Source of the DNA: Myxococcota bacterium
GTDB lineage: Bacteria; Myxococcota; SpSt-1050
Length of the DNA stretch: 11,344 bases
Assembly: GCA_049969675.1 (NCBI GenBank)
Contig: JBMFOP010000095.1
Coordinates: forward strand, 1 to 11,344
Reading direction: 5' to 3'
A program made the position numbers and the translations under genes. This document shows, in pieces, positions 6,570 through 11,344 of this stretch; within the stretch, counting starts at the first letter, position 1, and every line of letters starts with the position of its first letter. The notes beneath the pieces are model-generated. The model saw only the letters and a list, made by a program, of their open reading frames with translations, had not been told where the DNA came from and made no database searches.

Positions 6570-8597
6570 ATGAGAGGATATATCTTATTGTTTATCTTTT
6601 TAGCACTCGCTTATACCTGTTCTGATAGAGAGTATAAAGCCCCTCAAGGAGGTGAAAGTTATTGTAAAGCTGCTGACATCTGGGCAGAGGAGAAAGATGG
6701 TTGTGTATATGTTCACTGGAGATGTGAAGGCGGCGAAAATCCAGAAGTCATACTCTCAAGAAAGACAGATTATAATAATTCTGCACTAAAAGAGGAATAT
6801 TTCCAGATAAAATCAAACGAATATTTAGATTGCTCAATAAAAAGAGGGATAAAATATACTTATTCAATTATTTCAGAGAATAAGGAAGTTATAATAAGCA
6901 CAAATATTGAGACAGCACCAGTAAAGGACTTTGATATAAAGATTATTTCAGAGAGGGCAACAGGGAGACTGTTGGAGATTGAACTCATCTATCACCCTAC
7001 CACTGAGAATCCATTTGATATGAGCAGGCTTGATATAACGATGAAGGTATTAAAGCCCGATGGCTCAGATGATGAGTCCAGAGGCTTTTTTATGACTGAA
7101 TACAATATTGAGAGAGATGAGGGAGATAGGGAGAGATTTGTAAAGGGGGAAGAGAGATTAAGAGTTAGATATAACCCCAATATGGCAGGTACCTATATCC
7201 TCTATTTTACAATCAGGGATGAAAATATTTTATTGACTTCAGGATATTATCCGGTGGAGGTGAGTAGATATAAAGGGCGAGATTATATAAAGGTGAGCAA
7301 AAAGAATCCACTCTACTTCTCTGATGAAAATGAGAAGCCCTTCTTTCCTATAGGATTTAATATTGGATGGGCAAGATATTCCGGGCTCTTTGAATTTCAA
7401 CACTACATAGATAAGATGAAGGAAAGCTATTCAAATCTTTTCAGGATGTGGATGATAAAGTGGAGCAATGCAATAGAGTGGACAGAGGGATATGGCTCAG
7501 GTGATTATAAAGGACTTATGAGATATGCTCAGGATAATGCTGCAAGGATTGATAGGATACTCTCTTATGCAGAAGAGAGAGATATTAAGATAATGCTCAC
7601 ATTGGGTTCTTATCTTGAATTTACTGAGGGAGGGAGCTGGAATGAAGGTTCGTGGAAAGAGAATCCTTACAACATAGAAAATGGTGGGATGTGCAGGAAT
7701 TCATCTGATTTCTTTTTGATGAAGGAGGCAAGAGAGTATTATAAAAACAGATTGCGATATATAAGTGCCAGATGGGGGTACTCCTCCTCTATCTTTGCAT
7801 ACGAATTTTTTAACGAAACTTATGCACCTTTTGAATGGGTCTCAGAGATGTCTGCGTTTCTAAAAAAGATTGATTATAACAGACATATGATATCTACTAC
7901 ATATGGAGATGACAAAATTTTTACCCTCAAGAATATAGACTTTACAATGACCCATCTCTACGGGAACCCACCTGAATTGATTAAAGATTATCCTCAAAGG
8001 GTAAATGAGATTACAACCCAGCATATTACGAAGTACAAAAAGCCGTTTTTACTTGCAGAATTCGGGATTGACTGGTCAAAATCCGATTATGAATATGATA
8101 GAGATGGCACAGCTATAAACTTTCATAACGGGGTCTTTGCTGCCATCTCCTCTGGCTCCGCAGGGACGGCGATGCTCTGGTGGTGGGATGATTATATTGA
8201 TAGATTAAATCTGTATAAAATCTTATCACCTGTAAATGTTGTTATTGATGAATTAGGAGATATGTCTAACTATCGTCCTCTCAACATGGATAATTTAAGA
8301 TATGAGAGAGATAAACTGAATGTTTATGGAATCGTCTCTGATAGTAAGCTACTTTTGTGGATACAGAACAAAGAGTCAAACTGGTATAATGAGTATAATC
8401 AGATTGAATATGAATCAGTAAGTGGTGTTATTTCTATTCAGAATCTCAATCTTGATTGTAAGGCGAAGATTAAGATATTTGACCCGTGGAATGGTTATAT
8501 AACGGACAATTATTTTTCAAATATAAACAAACAATATGAATTTTCATTTGAGAACATAAAAAGAGATATTCTTCTTATTATCAGATGTGATTATTAA
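6570..8597 (+). CDS. Secreted/lipoprotein clan GH-A (GH5-like) glycoside hydrolase with FN3-like and DUF5060-like N-terminal domains
   Basis: The ATG at 6570 follows GGAGG and gives a signal MRGYILLFIFLALAYT-C. FN3-like segment (VYVHW...YLD...GIKYTYSI), DUF5060-like segment (NPFD...KPDG...GFF...VRYNP...G.Y), TIM-barrel motifs PFFPIGFNIGW, WGYSSSIFAYEFFNE (acid/base Glu codon 7815-7817), THLY, KPFLLAEFG (nucleophile Glu codon 8058-8060). Confidence 0.8.
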   Translation: MRGYILLFIFLALAYTCSDREYKAPQGGESYCKAADIWAEEKDGCVYVHWRCEGGENPEVILSRKTDYNNSALKEEYFQIKSNEYLDCSIKRGIKYTYSIISENKEVIISTNIETAPVKDFDIKIISERATGRLLEIELIYHPTTENPFDMSRLDITMKVLKPDGSDDESRGFFMTEYNIERDEGDRERFVKGEERLRVRYNPNMAGTYILYFTIRDENILLTSGYYPVEVSRYKGRDYIKVSKKNPLYFSDENEKPFFPIGFNIGWARYSGLFEFQHYIDKMKESYSNLFRMWMIKWSNAIEWTEGYGSGDYKGLMRYAQDNAARIDRILSYAEERDIKIMLTLGSYLEFTEGGSWNEGSWKENPYNIENGGMCRNSSDFFLMKEAREYYKNRLRYISARWGYSSSIFAYEFFNETYAPFEWVSEMSAFLKKIDYNRHMISTTYGDDKIFTLKNIDFTMTHLYGNPPELIKDYPQRVNEITTQHITKYKKPFLLAEFGIDWSKSDYEYDRDGTAINFHNGVFAAISSGSAGTAMLWWWDDYIDRLNLYKILSPVNVVIDELGDMSNYRPLNMDNLRYERDKLNVYGIVSDSKLLLWIQNKESNWYNEYNQIEYESVSGVISIQNLNLDCKAKIKIFDPWNGYITDNYFSNINKQYEFSFENIKRDILLIIRCDY

Positions 8598-8829
8598 ATT
8601 TATTTTCAAAAATCAAATACACTTCTTTCAATCTCACTTTCATGCTGAATAAATTATTATTTTAGTCCCTTTGAGATAATAAGCCTTTTGTTGTAAATTT
8701 GAATCTCTTCGGCAAATCATCTGTAAGTAGAAAGAGTGTCAGTGGATTTAGTCTATTTGAATTGAATGAGATAAAGATTTTTAAGAGATTATGCCTCCAG
8801 TCAAAAACTCATCAGGGATAAAGGGTTTT

Positions 8830-11344
8830 TCAAAGTGGTTTTCTCTCACAAAAACAGAGAGATGGCTGACAGACAAATCCATCTGGACAACCACCACAAT
8901 CTTCTTTACACACACATTGACAGTTATTCAGGTCTGCTTCATGTGTTTCATCGCATTTTAATTCTTCTGCACTGCATTTACAGGTGCAATTTACTGGATC
9001 AGGTCTATATCCGATATTACAGGTGAAGTTCTCATCGCATACGCAGGAGCAATCATCATTCTTGCATACAAAATAGAGACTACAGGCACCACCGCACTCC
9101 GAGGGACATACCCAACTACAACTATTCTGGTCACAGACATAATTTTCAGAGGGCTTATTCCCATCACAATCGGGTGGACACTCACACCTCCCCGTCTCTG
9201 TATTACACTTAAATGGCTTTTCACATTCCCCACAATCTTTTATTGGTCTGTCTCTATCAATCCAGTATCTATAAGAGACGGCAATCTTATTTCCTGGTTT
9301 TTCTGGTCTGCAATCTCCAAAGAATGATATTCTCTGAAATACACCATCATAATCAAATCCATTTATCGGGTCTCTCGGTGTCGGTTGAGGGCAATTAGCG
9401 GGTGGATTCTCCTGAACCACCTTTATTGAGGCAGAAATCGGTGATTTTGAGAGTGAAATACCAGTTGCTGCGATGGCAGAATCAACGATTGCCTGCATTG
9501 TGGCATCAATAGAGGCATTATCCTTAATCAATCCCTGTACTCCATTTGTCCTCTGAACAAGTATATCATAAAGAGATGGATTTTTGGTCTCACCCCCACA
9601 ATCATTTGTTGAGCAGATAATTGCGTTTGCAATAAGTCCATCTATATCTTTTCTGTTTGAGATCTCATCAAATATGACAGGCCAGGTGGGCAGGTTCTTG
9701 TCCCACCACGGACCATCATTTGCATCTGAAGGAGGATTTCCATTTACATATTCACCTTCACGATTGCTCTGGTCCCCTGCATCTGAGAGAAAGATAACGA
9801 CCACCTTTGCACCAAATCTTATTCTATTCGTATCAGCAGGTTCTCCTTGCCCTGGTGTTGGTAGTAATGGAATGGCATTATTCTTGGGATTTAGTAGTGC
9901 ATCATATAGAGATTCAACTCCCTTCTCCGTCCCTGTGCACTGCGCATCCCCAATACAACTCTTATCTGAAAGGTTACATGGCTGTTTAAACCAGCTCTTA
10001 AACTCATCCAGATCCTTTGTAAAACCGAATACTTTTCCGTAGTTCTTTGTGGGTGTACTGCTATTCTTTAGAGTCTTCTGCCAATAGCCAGTGGTTATAG
10101 CGGCAATCCTGTAATCCACCTGTGAATTTTGAAGTTTATCAACAAAGGAGGTAGCTGCCAGATTTACTGCCTTCTGATATGGTGCCATAGAGCAGGAATC
10201 ATCTACCACCCATATAAAATCTACTATAGGATTACCAGAGTTTTTGATATCGCACTGGACACCTGTTGTATCACCAATCTGTGCAATTGCAGAACCGTTT
10301 GTAATATCTCCTCTCAAGATCTTTAACAAAGGATCAGAAGAGAACTTGTCAGATGAGACCAGAGAGCCCACGACAATACTCCTGTTGTTCTGTCTTCTTA
10401 TTATCTCAATTTCAAGCTTCCAGTCAGCGCTGTGTCCACCACCCTTCTCAACTCCATCTGCAAAGAGCCCATCTACTATATCGCCCAAAAATGCCTTTGC
10501 AATGAGGTTCAATCTACCCTTTAAATCATCCTCCTCTCCTCTCCCATAGTCATAATTGGCGACAATTGCTGGATAACCATCCCAGGTGATAAAAGTTTGC
10601 GTAATTGGATTTGATAGACAATCAATCTTTTGTAAATACCCTGATGGGACTTTACAGGGCGTATCGCCTCTTATAATCTTTTCTTCTTCAATTACATCGG
10701 CACCTTCGCTCTTCTTCTCAATAAGAAAACCACCCACCCCTTTATCTTTGTGAACAAAGATGAATCCCTTTTCACTACCATTTAAGGTCAATTTAGAGAT
10801 ATTTATATCGGGTGGTATATCCCTATATTCATCCGCAAGTGCAAGGAGTGCATCTGCATCTTTAATATTAAAGAAGTTGATAGTAATTAGATTCTCTGTT
10901 GAACATGCATTGTGAGCCGCTCCCTTCCCATCATTCCCATCATTGGGATTCAACTCACCCTCTTCAAATCTGCCGTTTTGATTTGCATCTTCTGCCCCAT
11001 CCATAATCCCATCTCCATCAGTATCTGGATTTAATGGGTCTGTCGTAGTATTTGGGTCAGCATCTCCCTTAAAATCCTTACAATTGATAAAATCAAGGTT
11101 AATCGTCATTCCACTCTCCACACCATCAGTTAAGCCATCTCCATCAGTATCCGGATTGGTTGGGTCTGTCTCACCCAAATCCATCTTTCCATTTTTATTT
11201 TTATCCTCCTCGCCATCTGCAATTCCATCACAATCTGTGTCAATTCTTCTCGGGTCTGTCTCTCCAATATTTACTGCACAGTCTCCATTCTTATCCTCAA
11301 CGCCGTCTTTGAGTCCGTCCCTATCCATATCAGGGTCATTGGGG
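8830..11344 (-). CDS. cglD: CglD-like adhesin: thrombospondin type 3-like Ca-binding repeats, VWA (MIDAS) domain, Cys-rich C-terminus; 5'-truncated by the window edge
   Basis: The frame stays open upstream of the track's ATG (reads PNDPD-MDRDG), so the true start lies outside the window. Four DP..PDxDxDGxxDGxE units, VDFIWVVDDSCSM (DxSxS at 10189-10203), IFLSDAGD, a post-VWA PISASIKV...NGFDYD...SYRYW segment and a 28-Cys tail. The symbol rests on recalled architectural similarity to Myxococcus CglD, not an alignment. Confidence 0.7.
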   Translation of the reverse strand, partial: PNDPDMDRDGLKDGVEDKNGDCAVNIGETDPRRIDTDCDGIADGEEDKNKNGKMDLGETDPTNPDTDGDGLTDGVESGMTINLDFINCKDFKGDADPNTTTDPLNPDTDGDGIMDGAEDANQNGRFEEGELNPNDGNDGKGAAHNACSTENLITINFFNIKDADALLALADEYRDIPPDINISKLTLNGSEKGFIFVHKDKGVGGFLIEKKSEGADVIEEEKIIRGDTPCKVPSGYLQKIDCLSNPITQTFITWDGYPAIVANYDYGRGEEDDLKGRLNLIAKAFLGDIVDGLFADGVEKGGGHSADWKLEIEIIRRQNNRSIVVGSLVSSDKFSSDPLLKILRGDITNGSAIAQIGDTTGVQCDIKNSGNPIVDFIWVVDDSCSMAPYQKAVNLAATSFVDKLQNSQVDYRIAAITTGYWQKTLKNSSTPTKNYGKVFGFTKDLDEFKSWFKQPCNLSDKSCIGDAQCTGTEKGVESLYDALLNPKNNAIPLLPTPGQGEPADTNRIRFGAKVVVIFLSDAGDQSNREGEYVNGNPPSDANDGPWWDKNLPTWPVIFDEISNRKDIDGLIANAIICSTNDCGGETKNPSLYDILVQRTNGVQGLIKDNASIDATMQAIVDSAIAATGISLSKSPISASIKVVQENPPANCPQPTPRDPINGFDYDGVFQRISFFGDCRPEKPGNKIAVSYRYWIDRDRPIKDCGECEKPFKCNTETGRCECPPDCDGNKPSENYVCDQNSCSWVCPSECGGACSLYFVCKNDDCSCVCDENFTCNIGYRPDPVNCTCKCSAEELKCDETHEADLNNCQCVCKEDCGGCPDGFVCQPSLCFCERKPL
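8833..9234 (-). repeat. Cys-rich CxCxC-type repeat region
   Basis: 28 Cys in 134 aa, including DDCSCVC, VNCTCKC, NNCQCVC and degenerate RCEC, CSWVC, LCFC units. Confidence 0.85.
10930..11344 (-). repeat. Tandem DxDxDG Ca-binding (TSP3-like) repeats
   Basis: DMDRDGLKDGVED, DTDCDGIADGEED, DTDGDGLTDGVES, DTDGDGIMDGAED. Also visible in the DNA: ccatctccatcagtatc occurs at ~11009 and ~11135. Confidence 0.9.

Noticed and set aside
6992..7180. 62-aa minus-strand ORF
   Set aside because: Antisense shadow of the glycoside hydrolase.
8598..8829. 232-bp convergent intergenic region as a terminator or ncRNA
   Set aside because: Only short, imperfect, AT-rich complementarities (e.g. tcaaata/tatttga); no GC stem with a U-tract and no recognisable RNA family.
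8835..10549. Seven short ORFs overlapping the CglD-like gene, including the 152-aa ORF at 9584-10042
   Set aside because: Antisense or alternative-frame shadows of a motif-rich CDS.
11005..11265. Short DNA direct repeats as a possible CRISPR array
   Set aside because: Irregularly spaced, in frame, and explained by the protein's Ca-binding repeats; no cas genes are present.
11326..11328. ATG at 11328 as the start of the CglD-like gene
   Set aside because: It lies inside a DxDxDG repeat, has no SD or signal peptide, and the frame stays open to the window edge.

Overview
An AT-rich bacterial window (roughly high-30s % GC by eye) with six real coding regions, two of them cut by the window edges. 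From left to right: (1) a minus-strand lipoprotein of at least 594 aa that the ORF track misses, with a small Cys-rich module, two tandem ~200-aa OB-fold-type repeats resembling the non-catalytic parts of extracellular nucleases, and Asp-rich linkers; (2) a membrane-anchored HExxH metallopeptidase whose start overlaps the stop of (3) a class II CCA tRNA nucleotidyltransferase with an HD domain; (4) a lipoprotein M1-family aminopeptidase; (5) a divergently transcribed secreted GH5-like (clan GH-A) glycoside hydrolase; (6) the C-terminal 837 or more aa of a protein with DxDxDG Ca-binding repeats, a VWA/MIDAS domain and a 28-Cys tail, matching the architecture of the myxobacterial gliding adhesin CglD. 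The protein style suggests a Myxococcota/deltaproteobacteria-like organism of unusually low GC (inference). Five of the six genes encode exported proteins. I found no rRNA, tRNA, CRISPR array or mobile element. All family calls come from manual motif recognition, not database searches.
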